A DNA stretch of 40,515 nt, the filler included, from Planctomycetota bacterium (GTDB taxonomy: Bacteria > Planctomycetota > Planctomycetia > JALXBF01), in NCBI GenBank assembly GCA_026991575.1. It is 4 parts of 4 records of this genome, joined end to end, with 100 filler letters (N's around TTAATTAATTAA, not from the genome) between each part and the next. Parts side by side here need not be neighbours in the genome. Positions count along the whole stretch, not along the records: positions 1 to 10,124 come from JALXBF010000182.1; positions 10,225 to 20,259 come from JALXBF010000185.1; 2 more parts are not named here. One strand, 5' to 3'. The position numbers and the translations under genes are program-made. The notes beneath the pieces were generated by a model. The model saw only the letters and a list, made by a program, of their open reading frames with translations, was not told the DNA's origin and searched no databases. Below are positions 1 to 12,685 of this stretch, piece after piece. Position 1 is the first letter of the stretch. Each line of letters begins with the position of its first letter.

Positions 1-186
1 GAGTTGGCCTCTGGTTGGTCGGGCGTCGGGGTTGGGATCTTCTGAGGCGGAGGGCTCTTTTTCCGTATTTCTGGGGATCCGGTCGGTTGGTGTTGGTGGG
101 TGGTGGTTTTGGGCTGGAGTGGCGGGCTGGGGATGCCGAAGAAGAAGGGTGCCTGGTGGTGGTAGCGGATTTTGTGGCTGGGGGCG

Positions 187-214
187 TTGACAGGGAACCT
201 GGCGGGGCTAGAAT
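187..214 (+). promoter_or_regulatory. sigma70-type promoter upstream of tRNA-Ile/tRNA-Ala
   Basis: TTGACA (187-192), 16-bp spacer, TAGAAT (209-214); 16-bp spacing is typical of stable-RNA promoters; 38 nt upstream of tRNA-Ile. Confidence 0.75.
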
Positions 215-252
215 GTGTCTGGAATGGTGGCACTGCGAGGTGCTGCCTGGGT

Positions 253-325
253 GGGCGCATAGCTCAGTTGGTAGAGCGCAGCTCTGATAAAGCTGAGGTC
301 CCTGGTTCGATCCCAGGTGCGCCCA
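253..325 (+). tRNA. tRNA-Ile(GAT)
   Basis: Acceptor stem GGGCGCA/TGCGCCC, anticodon arm CAGCT-CTGATAA-AGCTG, T-loop TTCGATC; CCA not encoded. Confidence 0.96.
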
Positions 326-337
326 CTGGCCCTGGGT

Positions 338-411
338 GGGGATGTAGCTCAACTTGGGAGAGCGCCGGCTTTGCAAGCCGGAGGTTGCCGGTTCGAGCCC
401 GGTCATCTCCA
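338..411 (+). tRNA. tRNA-Ala(TGC)
   Basis: Acceptor stem GGGGATG/CATCTCC with G3:U70, anticodon arm CCGGC-TTTGCAA-GCCGG, T-loop TTCGAGC; CCA not encoded. Confidence 0.96.
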
Positions 412-450
412 CTGGGCCGCGTCGGTCTGGCGGAATTTAGCGGGAACCGC

Positions 451-479
451 TTGACGCCGGACTGGCGGGTTCCTAAGAT
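451..479 (+). promoter_or_regulatory. second sigma70-type promoter, upstream of 23S rRNA
   Basis: TTGACG (451-456), 17-bp spacer, TAAGAT (474-479), located between tRNA-Ala and 23S. Confidence 0.6.
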
Positions 480-780
480 TACGGTGCCTGGGGCGGAAGG
501 CCCCGAGGCGGTTGTTTGAGCCGCGATTCTCGGGTGCGAGGGTCGCGGTTTTTGGTGCAGGGCCTGCTGGGCCTGGTGGTTTTTTGGCAAGTTGGTGCAG
601 TGCGTAGCCAGTGGCTGCTCTTTGCCCGATTGAGGGCGGGAGTGGCCTGGTTAGCGACTGCAGTGCAACGGGCGAGCGCCGGTGCGAAGCCGCCTGTGGT
701 TGGGCTTCGGCGTCGATGTGGTAGCTGGCCGGGGCTCTCTGGTCTTCTCGGCGGGAGCCGGGAGGGTGGGGAGCCGTTGT

Positions 781-3760
<2,980 letters not shown>

Positions 3761-3885
3761 CAGCGGCTCCTAGCCCTCCCGGCGGCGAACACTCGCACCC
3801 CAGCCGCCCGAAACCACCCAGTCGCGCACACCAGCTACGCACCGCACCAACCAGCCAACAAAACCTCCCTACGCTATCAAGCAGC

Positions 3886-3997
3886 TTCCCGGTGACCATA
3901 CCGGAGGGGCCACACCCGTTCCCATTCCGAACACGGCCGTTAAGCCCTCCGGGCCGATGGTAGTGCCTTTGGCGCGAGAGTAGGTCGTTGCCGGGAG
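3886..3997 (+). rRNA. rrf: 5S ribosomal RNA (short, about 112 nt)
   Basis: CACCCGTTCCCATTCCGAAC and GAGAGTAGGTCG motifs, terminal helix TCCCGGTGAC/GTTGCCGGGA; shortened helix region as known for planctomycete 5S. Confidence 0.95.
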
Positions 3998-4030
3998 TTT
4001 TCAAAACCTCCACTAGCGATACGCTCCATC

Positions 4031-4063
4031 AAGCCCGCTGCAAGCCGCAGCGGGCTTTCTTCT
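4031..4063 (+). terminator. Rho-independent terminator of the rRNA unit
   Basis: Perfect 11-bp stem AAGCCCGCTGC/GCAGCGGGCTT, 5-nt loop, followed by TCTTCT. Confidence 0.8.
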
Positions 4064-4784
4064 GCGCCGCCCCCACCCGGCAGCGCAGCACCTACGCCCC
4101 CAACCCGCTGTGCAGCACCGATCCGCGCAACCCTCCATGACCCCGCCCGCCGCGCCAGCCGCAGCCCCTAACAGCCCACCGCCTGTCCCAGCAGCGCCCG
4201 CTCACCAGTCCGGAACCCACCGTTGCAGGACATCCTGCAGCACGATCCATCCTGAGGCCAACCGTCACACGCCTGCCGCCCGGACACGGTGAGCCGCACG
4301 CCCCAGCTTTCCCGGCAATCCGTGGCCCGGTCCGGCAGGCATCTCGGTGCGTGGCACGGGCTGCCTGTAGATGCCGTCCCGCCAACGGCCCACGACCAGG
4401 AACCCAGCGGCGTTCGACGGCTGAAGAAGTCAACCCGATTGTGTCGATCGAGCGGAGCCCCCGCTGCGGGTGACGCTGGTTGTCGAGCCGGGCGGCACGA
4501 GGCGGCCACCTGGCACCTCCGCCTCCACCCTGTTTCCATCGAGCGGCCGCCAGCGGGCACAGAGGGTCACTGAGCAGCCCGTTGGCCGGCCGCCGGGGAC
4601 GAGCTGCAGCGAAACCAGGCGGGCTGCCTGTGGTCACTGCTCGCTGTGGCTTTGCTACAATAGGGTCGACGCTGGCGATGTTGGCATCGGCGGGTGCTCA
4701 TCGCGAAACGGCCGGCACGCAGCCGGGCTAAGGCTGTCTGCGGGGCGCCTTTGCCCGGACCGTCTGGGCGGGCGAAAAATGGCG

Positions 4785-4927
4785 AGGTGCGGGCAACCGT
4801 AACCCGTTCTTTGGCAAGAGGATGCTTGTGGCTGCGCGCAGCGGGCCGGTTCCTGGACCGGCGACTTGGCGAGGTCCGGGCAAAACTGCGCGTAACCCTA
4901 TGCCGAACAACACGTTCCGCAGGGTGC
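4785..4927 (+). promoter_or_regulatory. CRISPR leader of array 1
   Basis: Abuts the first repeat; about 138/143 nt identical to the reverse complement of 40373-40515, which flanks array 2; degenerate repeats lie at the opposite end of the array. Confidence 0.85.
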
Positions 4928-6226
4928 CTCGCGCCGACCAATCGAACCACGATGGGATTGAAACGAGAAGATAATTCCAATTATTATCGCTTCTCAAAGT
5001 CTCGCGCCGACCAATCGAACCACGATGGGATTGAAACACTGGCGAAGTCGATTGTTGTTAAGTTTAATCCATGCTCGCGCCGACCAATCGAACCACGATG
5101 GGATTGAAACTTGTTCAGCATGTTCGAACCGAAGGAGATGATGAAGTCTCGCGCCGACCAATCGAACCACGATGGGATTGAAACCAATTTCTCGGCTTTC
5201 CAAAAATGAGAGCTCCCTCCCCTCGCGCCGACCAATCGAACCACGATGGGATTGAAACCCTCATCTCCGACCCAAATTGGGCGCTCCAAGAGCGCCTCGC
5301 GCCGACCAATCGAACCACGATGGGATTGAAACGGTTATTATGTAATTTTATCCACGTCTCCTTCCCGTGCTCGCGCCGACCAATCGAACCACGATGGGAT
5401 TGAAACTTTTTCGTCCTTAAGCGCCTCGCCAAGTTCCCAGCAGTGCTCGCGCCGACCAATCGAACCACGATGGGATTGAAACTGAAACACAAACATCCGC
5501 CTTCCAAAGTAAATATGGCTCGCGCCGACCAATCGAACCACGATGGGATTGAAACCTGAACTGTCATTACCACATCCTTTTCCCAAAAACCTCTCGCGCC
5601 GACCAATCGAACCACGATGGGATTGAAACCCTCTAGGAGCGCCCAAAACGGACGAACAAGTGTTCCCCTTCTCGCGCCGACCAATCGAACCACGATGGGA
5701 TTGAAACCTGATTCCGTGAAAACTAAGTCATTAAAGCGCACAATCCTCGCGCCGGCCAATCGAACCACGATGGGATTGAAACTCCTCCAAGAAAAGAAAG
5801 ACCCAACATACTGGACACACCTCGCGCCGACCAATCGAACCACGATGGGATTGAAACAAAAGCTCATTAACTTCATGTGAAATTTCATGTGAACTCGCGC
5901 CGACCAATCGAACCACGATGGGATTGAAACAAGTCGGGGTTGGTCCATACCCCCACGAGCGTCCACTCTCGCACCGACCAATCGAACCACGATGGGATTG
6001 AAACAATAAGCCCAACTTGAAGACCATCAACCCATTTGGTCCTCGCACGGACCAATCGAGGGAGGATGGGATTGAAACGGGCGGCGAGTGGCCGACCGCA
6101 CAAGAAGTGCCAATCTCGCATGGACCAACCGGATCACGTTGGGATCGAAACCACTTCTCCCGAACCCGATCGGGGCGACGGTGCTCCAGCTCGCACTGAG
6201 CGAGCGATCCAGCATGGGATTGAAGC
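4928..6226 (+). CRISPR. CRISPR array 1: 18 repeats (last 3 degenerate), 17 spacers of 36-41 nt
   Basis: 37-nt repeat CTCGCGCCGACCAATCGAACCACGATGGGATTGAAAC at 4928, 5001, 5074, 5148, 5222, 5296, 5370, 5446, 5519, 5593, 5671, 5746, 5821, 5894, 5968; degenerate copies at 6042, 6115, 6190; ATTGAAAC 3' end. Confidence 0.98.
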
Positions 6227-6278
6227 CCGCTTCATGCCAGGCACCCGTACGTCGGTACGGGCCTAGCAGCGACCAGAG

Positions 6279-7351
6279 GTGGTTGCGGGGAACGCGGTAC
6301 ATCCGAAGGCGCCGTCGTCGCACGGTGACCGGACCCAGGGGCGATTTGGGATCGAGCGGGTGGTGTTGGTGGGGGATCACGGGCTGATGACGAGTCGGCT
6401 CATCGAAGAGGAGCTTCGGGAGGGGGAGGGGCTGGATTGGCTGACTGCGTTGCGTGCCGATACGATCCGGAAGCTGGCCCGGCAGGACAGGATTGAGCTT
6501 TCGCTGTTTGACGAGAAAGACCTGGTGGAGATCCGCTCCCGGGATTTTCCGGGGGAGCGATTGATTGCGCGTCGCAATCCGTTTCTGGCTGACGAGCGTG
6601 CGTGGAAGCGGGGGAATTGGCGAAGCGTACGGAACGTGACCTGGAACGGACTGCGGCGGCGACCCATCGGTCACGGCGTCCGCTGCGTAACCGGATGGAG
6701 ATCGTGGAGCGGGTTGGACGAGTGCTGGGCCGAAGCAAAGTGGCGAAGCATTTCGGCTGGGAGATCACCCAGGAGGGCCTGTTCCGCTTGTGGCGTAAGG
6801 AGGCATCGATCAAGGCGGAAGCTGCTCTGGATGGCGTCGACGTGATTCGCACGTCCGTACCGGAAGAGCAGCTGGACGCCCCGGAGGCGGTGGCTGCGTA
6901 CAAGCAACTGAGTCGGGTGGAGTGGGCGTTCCGTGCGATGAAAAGCGTTCTGGATGTGCGGCCGATCCAGCATTGGCGTTTGCCCCGGATTCGGGCGCAC
7001 GTGTTCCTGTGCATGCTGGCCTACTACGTACGCTGGCACATGGAGCAAGCGTGGGCGCCGTTGTTCGTGGATCGTGACCGTCAACAGGCTGAATCGCAAC
7101 GTCGCAGCGCGGTGGATGGTGCACCACGGTCGGAGGCAGCACGCAATAAGGAGGCACGTGGTCGCACAGGGGACGGACAGCCAGTTCATAGCTTCCGGAC
7201 GCTACTGGAGGATCCTGCAACCCTGTGCCGCAACCGGGTGCAGGCGGGCGAGAATCCGGACCACAGGTTCTGGTTGGTCACGTCGCGGAGGCGTCTGCAA
7301 GCGATGGCCCTCGAGCTCCTCGGCATCCGCAGCACCATGCCTAAACGCTGA
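6279..7351 (+). pseudogene. IS1634-family transposase, 5'-truncated and frameshifted
   Basis: Frame 1 RFGIERVVLVGDHGLMT...LSLFDEKDLVEI..DFPGERLIARRNP continues after a frameshift near 6610 into ...LDGVDVIRTSV..AYKQLSRVEWAFRAMKS.LDVRPIQH...RIRAHVFLCMLAYYV; N-terminal part absent. Confidence 0.85.
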
Positions 7352-7748
7352 CCGATAGCCAGAAACAGACCGCGGGTTTCACCATAACCCATTCCCTAGA
7401 CCTGTCATGTAGCCCAGCCCGTGCAAAGGTGTGGGGTAACAGTAGGTGTCCAACGCGCGGCTACCGTTCGCCCGAGGCCGAGGACGTCCTGGCAGGACCG
7501 GGGCTGCTCGGGCTCCAGCGACGGCGGCGCGGATCGCTGCTCAGGGGACCGTTCGGAGCGGGCGGCATACCCGGCTCGGATCCTGGCTGTCGCCTTGCCA
7601 ATGGCCACCGGTGTGACACGCTACGGTTCCGAGCTTGCTCGCGTGCCGTGGGACATGGGAGTCCAGGCAGAGATCTGTGTTCGATGCCGTAAAGAAGCCT
7701 GCGCGCACGTGCCTCAGCGGTGAGCCGCCTAACTGAGTCGTTTCCTGT

Positions 7749-9458
7749 CTAGTTCGACAGTATGGCCCCGTACCTTTCCTTGATGACCAGGGCGAGGTTC
7801 CGAATAGCAAACTCGAGCTCTTGGTAGAGGGCTGCTCGCTCAGCCTCGTAATGCTCGATCGTTGGAGCGCGCAATCGCTCGGCCAGCTCCTGGAGTTGGA
7901 TGACGGCCAGGTATAGTCGTCGCAACGCAGCGGTTTCTTCTGGATTCAACTCTGGTTCATTCAGCAGTAGTGCCATCGAACCGTTCGCTAGACTGAGCAG
8001 AGGGTCGCGCAACTCCAGGACCTTCGCACGCAGCTCAGGAATCACCGCGTTCAGTGCATCCACGTCTTCACGTCCCGCCTCAACAACCCGCTTGCAGATC
8101 TCGTTGTATGCCAGGCCGACAAAGCTCAAGACGATGAGGCAATTCCTCAGCAGCACTGCACGACGCACGGTGTTGTACAGCGCCGCGTTCGCGGACGCCC
8201 GGTCGCGCGCGTCCTGCAGATCGGTCGTCCACCGAATGACTTTGGGCCGAAGATCGACCACCGAATAGCCGAAGGCCAGCTGCTTCATATCCTTGAAGCG
8301 ATAACTAACCAGGCCGAAAACTGTGCCGTCTTCTTCGCGACAAATAGGGCCACCGCTGCAGCCAGGGCCGATCTCCGCGTCGATTGCGATTTCGTGGCCG
8401 TCAACGCGGGCCACTCTTCCAAAGAAGGCCGTGAGATCGAGGAGTCGGTTTCCCCCTATCGGGTTGCCGATGATAGCGGACTTCGTGCCGGGTAGCGGGG
8501 GCTCGGAGGATATCCAGAGAGGTGCCGCATCTTCGATGGGACGGTCCAACATCAGGATCGCGAGGTCACGATCGGCATCGAAATCAAGCAGTCCGTCGAC
8601 TTTGGCCTGGACGATGCGGCGGCCCCGACGAAACTGGAGCGTCAGGTTTTCCAGCCGCTCGCCGGCGACCACGTGCAACGCGGTTGCTACGATCCATGGA
8701 CTGTGGATTAGGAAACCTGCCCCGTGTCCGCTCGGCGTTTCTAGCACGCATGTCGCGTCCCGCACTGCAGCCACGACTTCTTCGGGGCTGTACGTGACCA
8801 CGATCCGACGCTGAGCCTCGGACACCCTCATCGAGCGAACGCGTGTCCCGAGGCGCAGTAGCACCTCATGAGGACCTGGGCCGACTTGGATCGGCTTCAA
8901 CGTCGCAACCGGTCCCAGATGTTGGCCGTCAAGGGAGACGAGTGCGTATGGCACATTGCAGACCACCTCTAGCGGAGCAGACCTGGGCGAGGCTGAGACG
9001 TCAGCTCGGACGCTGGCTCCGACGTTATCCGACTGTCGTCGCGTCCGCGGTTGGGCGAGGCGGCCACGGGGGCCGGGCCGGACCGTTTGGCTGGCCGGAG
9101 AAGCGATACGGTCGGACTCAGTGGTGCCAGCCGGAGTTGGGTCGGCACGCGCGGGGCTGCCAACATCCGCCTCACCACGCGGTGCCAGGAAGGCGCGGCC
9201 GATATACATGCCCGTCAGCAGGCAGACCAAGCAGATAGCAGCTATGGTGAACGCAGTACGGGACCACTCGCGGTTGGTCGTCACTTGCTCGTTGACGAAG
9301 TTGGTGAACGCAGCTGGCGCTGGTGCCGCCCCCTGCACCGCATGCTCCTGCTTTACAACGAGTCGGAGGGAGGCGCGGCAACCGGGGCAAACAACAGCTG
9401 CATTGCCGGGCAGACACTGGAACACGAGCCGACACTTCGGACAGCGGATGCGATACAC
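7749..9458 (-). CDS. Membrane-anchored trypsin-like (S1) serine protease with N-terminal zinc ribbon and PEGA-like domain
   Basis: CPKC..CPGC, TM helix, PEGA-like segment; triad motifs TALHVV, DRDLAIL, GCSGGP; GTG start with GGAGGG RBS. Confidence 0.85.
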   Translation of the reverse strand: MYRIRCPKCRLVFQCLPGNAAVVCPGCRASLRLVVKQEHAVQGAAPAPAAFTNFVNEQVTTNREWSRTAFTIAAICLVCLLTGMYIGRAFLAPRGEADVGSPARADPTPAGTTESDRIASPASQTVRPGPRGRLAQPRTRRQSDNVGASVRADVSASPRSAPLEVVCNVPYALVSLDGQHLGPVATLKPIQVGPGPHEVLLRLGTRVRSMRVSEAQRRIVVTYSPEEVVAAVRDATCVLETPSGHGAGFLIHSPWIVATALHVVAGERLENLTLQFRRGRRIVQAKVDGLLDFDADRDLAILMLDRPIEDAAPLWISSEPPLPGTKSAIIGNPIGGNRLLDLTAFFGRVARVDGHEIAIDAEIGPGCSGGPICREEDGTVFGLVSYRFKDMKQLAFGYSVVDLRPKVIRWTTDLQDARDRASANAALYNTVRRAVLLRNCLIVLSFVGLAYNEICKRVVEAGREDVDALNAVIPELRAKVLELRDPLLSLANGSMALLLNEPELNPEETAALRRLYLAVIQLQELAERLRAPTIEHYEAERAALYQELEFAIRNLALVIKERYGAILSN

Positions 9459-10124
9459 TGCGACCCTCCGGAGTACGCTGGGCTAAAGCGTGACGGCCTG
9501 AACGCAGCCGTGAGGGCTCCGCTCAACAGAGCCGTCTGGAACATTGCCACCGGCGGGACGAGCCGGTACGGCACGCAGCCCCACTCGGCGGCGTCCGCCT
9601 TCGCGACAAGACGCTCACCCCACAGAAACGCCATGCTGAGGTATGCCTCTTTCGGCAGCCGACCGGCAGCTGGCACATGATCCGCAGAGACCAGCCTCCC
9701 GAACCTCGCGGGCCAGTGCCCAAGTGTCTTGTAGATGAGCCCAGTCTACAGGGCGCGGCACAACGATACAAGGGGCTCGCCCGTTTAACGGAGGGCGTTG
9801 CAATGTCCGTGAGCTGTTGGCAGATCGGACCTGTGCGTGGGTGCTGAGAAGGCTTTCCTCACAGAAGGTCCCGCTGAGTGGCGTTCTGAGCCCATATTTC
9901 CGGATCCGGAGTGAACAATACGAATTCTCGATCAAGGAGGGAGTGTAGCGGAGTTACGTTGCTGTGCGGACGACCTTGGGGGCGTCCCCTCGCCTTAAGA
10001 AAGCCGATGACATCAGGAGAAGCGCAACGGCCCGGAGCACGACGAGTCAGCGGTTTGCCGGGGAGACGTTGGAGGACGGTCCCAGGCTCCGAGCGATCCG
10101 CAAGGTTCCGGGGGACATCCCCGA

Positions 10125-10224
10125 NNNNNNNNNNNNNNNNNNNNNNNNNNNNNNNNNNNNNNNNNNNNTTAATTAATTAANNNNNNNNNNNNNNNNNNNN
10201 NNNNNNNNNNNNNNNNNNNNNNNN
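10125..10224. other. Artificial contig linker
   Basis: N44-TTAATTAATTAA-N44 (stops in all six frames). Confidence 0.97.
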
Positions 10225-10226
10225 GC

Positions 10227-12185
10227 CTCACCGACAACTACGGCACCGAGTGGCGGTACCAGTATGACAGCCTGTCGCGGATGACGCAGGCGGAGTTGGT
10301 GGTCAGCGGCACGCCGAAGGCAACCGCGCAGTTCGCCTACGATGCGGCCAGTCGGCTGGTGCGGATGGTCCGCTTTGAGCCCGGCTCCGGTGGCACCGGC
10401 CAGCAGGATCCCCAGATCGTCACCAGCTACAGCTATGATGCTGCCTCGCGGGTGACGCTGATCGACCACGACTACGTGGATTCGCAGGGCAATGCGACGC
10501 CGCTGGCGGATTTCGCCTACACCTGGGATGCGGCCGGTCAGATTGTGGCGTACAGCGGTCCGGAAGGGACGCGCACGTATGCGTACGACCCGCAGGGTCA
10601 GTTGACGGACGTGTGGGATGGTCAGGGGAACCTGATCGAGTACTACCGCTACACGCCCAATGGCAATCGAACGGAGTCGCACCTGCACGGCACCGGCTAT
10701 GTGACCGGAGCGGACAACCGGTTGCTGTCGGATGGAACCAACGACTACGAGTACGACAACGAAGGGAACCTGATTCGCAAGACGAACACGCTGACCGGCG
10801 AGGTGACGGAGTACAGCTGGGACTACCGCAACCGGCTGACGGCGGTGGTGCACAAGGATGGCCAGGGCAATGTGCTGTGGACTGAGACGTACGTCTACGA
10901 TGCGTTCAACCGCCGGATCGCGTTCTACGAGGACCCCGACGGCCCGACGGGCCCAGAGCCGGAGCGGTTCACGTTTGTGCTGCATGACCTGGCCCAGCCG
11001 CCGACGGCCGAGCAGGTCGCTCAGGGCGGGTTGGCCCCATACGTCGATGGCATCTACTCAAGCGCGATCTTCGCGGCGAATCCAATTGCTGACTTTACAG
11101 ATGCGGACACTTCGGACGGCATCACCCCGCAGCTCACCGAGCGCCGCCTCTACGCCGCGGCAATCGATTCGCTCCTTGCCCGCGAAGACGCCCTCGGCGA
11201 AATCACCTTCGACCTCACCGACTACCTGGGCAGCGTACGCGGGTGGGTCGATCCGGACGGCACGATCCTCGAGACCCTGGCCTACGAGAGCTTCGGGCTG
11301 CCCGTCGGTGGCTGGACCAGCGAGTCACGGTTCGGGTTTTCCGGCCGCGCATGGAATGGTGGCAGTCACCTGTGGTCGATGCGGGCGCGGCACAAGTCCC
11401 CTGGCACCGGTCGCTTTATCTCCGAAGACCTGATGGGCCTTGAGGCCGATCTTAACCAATACCGGTACGCTGCGAATAACCCTACTTCGTACCGTGACTT
11501 ACTCGGGTTGCACCCTACTGGCCAGGAAGGAATCCGGTATCCGTCTGGGGGATACAGCGTCGATCTGTGGAGCGACCCGCAGCCATCGACGGGAGCGTGG
11601 TTAGCTAGCGATTCCGGGGCTTGCTCGATCTTGATCTGCGAATGCCCCACGGCCGCATTCGCAACTCCGCTGGTGGCGAGAGCTGCCGGGGGTCAGCGAC
11701 TTGGCCGCGGGGGGACTGGGTCCCAACCGAACCCCTCGCCCTGGTGGGCATTCTGGGAAAGCCTAAGAAGAAGCTGCCGATCGATGCAGAAGACGTACGC
11801 AGCGCTGATTCTGAAGTATTGGTATGGGCTAGAGCAGGAAGGTGACAAGATGATGGCAGAGGCTTACGTTGAGGGGCCCATTGGTCAAGCACAAGGCGGC
11901 GGAAAGACCGCCGTGAAGGTGTGCCTGGGCATCGCGACAGTGTCGACCGCGGCGGCCTGCGTCGTCGGAGGTATCGAGTTGTGTCTCCTGGGAAACCGGC
12001 CGATCCTTGTAGAGGGGGTTTTGGTCGGTGGAAGGATGGGCAGCGGCGGTCTCATCCAGATCAGGCCACACAACATGAAGCCGTGGTTCCGCATTGATTA
12101 TCACCCCGTGCGACCTGGCGGTCGACCGTGCCCGCACATTGACATAGACGCACTCAATATCAAGCACTGGCCATGGGGCAGATAA
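10227..12185 (+). CDS. Rhs/YD-repeat toxin, 5'-partial, with C-terminal toxin tip
   Basis: YD repeats; Rhs core ending NQYRYAANNPTSYRDLLGL; unique C-terminal region of about 225 aa ending FRIDYHP..PCPHIDI...KHWPW; frame open from the contig edge. Confidence 0.92.
   Translation, partial: LTDNYGTEWRYQYDSLSRMTQAELVVSGTPKATAQFAYDAASRLVRMVRFEPGSGGTGQQDPQIVTSYSYDAASRVTLIDHDYVDSQGNATPLADFAYTWDAAGQIVAYSGPEGTRTYAYDPQGQLTDVWDGQGNLIEYYRYTPNGNRTESHLHGTGYVTGADNRLLSDGTNDYEYDNEGNLIRKTNTLTGEVTEYSWDYRNRLTAVVHKDGQGNVLWTETYVYDAFNRRIAFYEDPDGPTGPEPERFTFVLHDLAQPPTAEQVAQGGLAPYVDGIYSSAIFAANPIADFTDADTSDGITPQLTERRLYAAAIDSLLAREDALGEITFDLTDYLGSVRGWVDPDGTILETLAYESFGLPVGGWTSESRFGFSGRAWNGGSHLWSMRARHKSPGTGRFISEDLMGLEADLNQYRYAANNPTSYRDLLGLHPTGQEGIRYPSGGYSVDLWSDPQPSTGAWLASDSGACSILICECPTAAFATPLVARAAGGQRLGRGGTGSQPNPSPWWAFWESLRRSCRSMQKTYAALILKYWYGLEQEGDKMMAEAYVEGPIGQAQGGGKTAVKVCLGIATVSTAAACVVGGIELCLLGNRPILVEGVLVGGRMGSGGLIQIRPHNMKPWFRIDYHPVRPGGRPCPHIDIDALNIKHWPWGR
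10228..11250 (+). repeat. Rhs core repeat copy 1 (near-identical to 14935-15960)
   Basis: About 1 kb of high nucleotide identity between the two Rhs modules, diverging toward the end of the core. Confidence 0.9.
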
Positions 12186-12229
12186 TCAAGTGGGGGAGAT
12201 GAAACCGGCTGTGAGCGGAGGCGGGACCA

Positions 12230-12685
12230 GTGGGGTGGATTCTCGGAGCGTACGCAGACTTTCCGACGCTGGCACGAGAAGCCGCATTCCTGTACGACGC
12301 GAACTTTGGGTTACACGACATTGCCTATGACGATCAAACTGGCGTATTTCGACTACGGCTCGAGGCGCCGTGGCTTGCCGATCTGCCTGAGTTGCGCGCA
12401 TGTGCCAGCGCCGTGCCGGAGCGTGGTCGGTCACAGGAAACGGCCACTGACCGGTTCGAGTTGGTACTCACGGACGTGGAGGACTGCAAGATCATCTGTG
12501 ACGACCCCTTTCTCGAACAGTATCCTAGCTTCGAGTTCAGCCGGGTTGAACAGGGCGCGCCGGGAGTGCTCTGGCTGCTGACACACTACGTTGTCTCCAT
12601 TCGGCTGCGGGTGCGTAGCATCCGCGCCAAGTTGGTGGCTTGCCGTCCGGTAGACGTGTTCCCCCGTGCACCAGCCAGCCAGTGA
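12230..12685 (+). CDS. Putative cognate immunity protein of Rhs tip 1
   Basis: 151 aa, directly downstream of the toxin tip, GTG start with GGAGG RBS; paralogous to 13347-13784. Confidence 0.65.
   Translation: MGWILGAYADFPTLAREAAFLYDANFGLHDIAYDDQTGVFRLRLEAPWLADLPELRACASAVPERGRSQETATDRFELVLTDVEDCKIICDDPFLEQYPSFEFSRVEQGAPGVLWLLTHYVVSIRLRVRSIRAKLVACRPVDVFPRAPASQ

Noticed and set aside
4092..4780. GC-rich ORFs and short repeated words (ATCGAGCGG) between 5S and the CRISPR leader
   Set aside because: No periodicity and no protein similarity evident; cannot support a gene, tracrRNA or degenerate array.
5115..5990. ORFs with repeating FNPIVVRLVGAR / VSIPSWFDWSAR peptides (also 39065-40102)
   Set aside because: These are translations of CRISPR repeats. 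They stay open partly because the spacers derive from coding sequence on that strand, but they are not genes.
4965..6189. Possible self-targeting of spacers against genes in this window
   Set aside because: No match noticed by eye, and most spacers are too AT-rich for the host. This was not checked exhaustively and needs a blastn-short search.
9480..10124. Intergenic region with small hairpins upstream of the protease
   Set aside because: No recognisable ncRNA or riboswitch consensus, and it is cut by the contig end.
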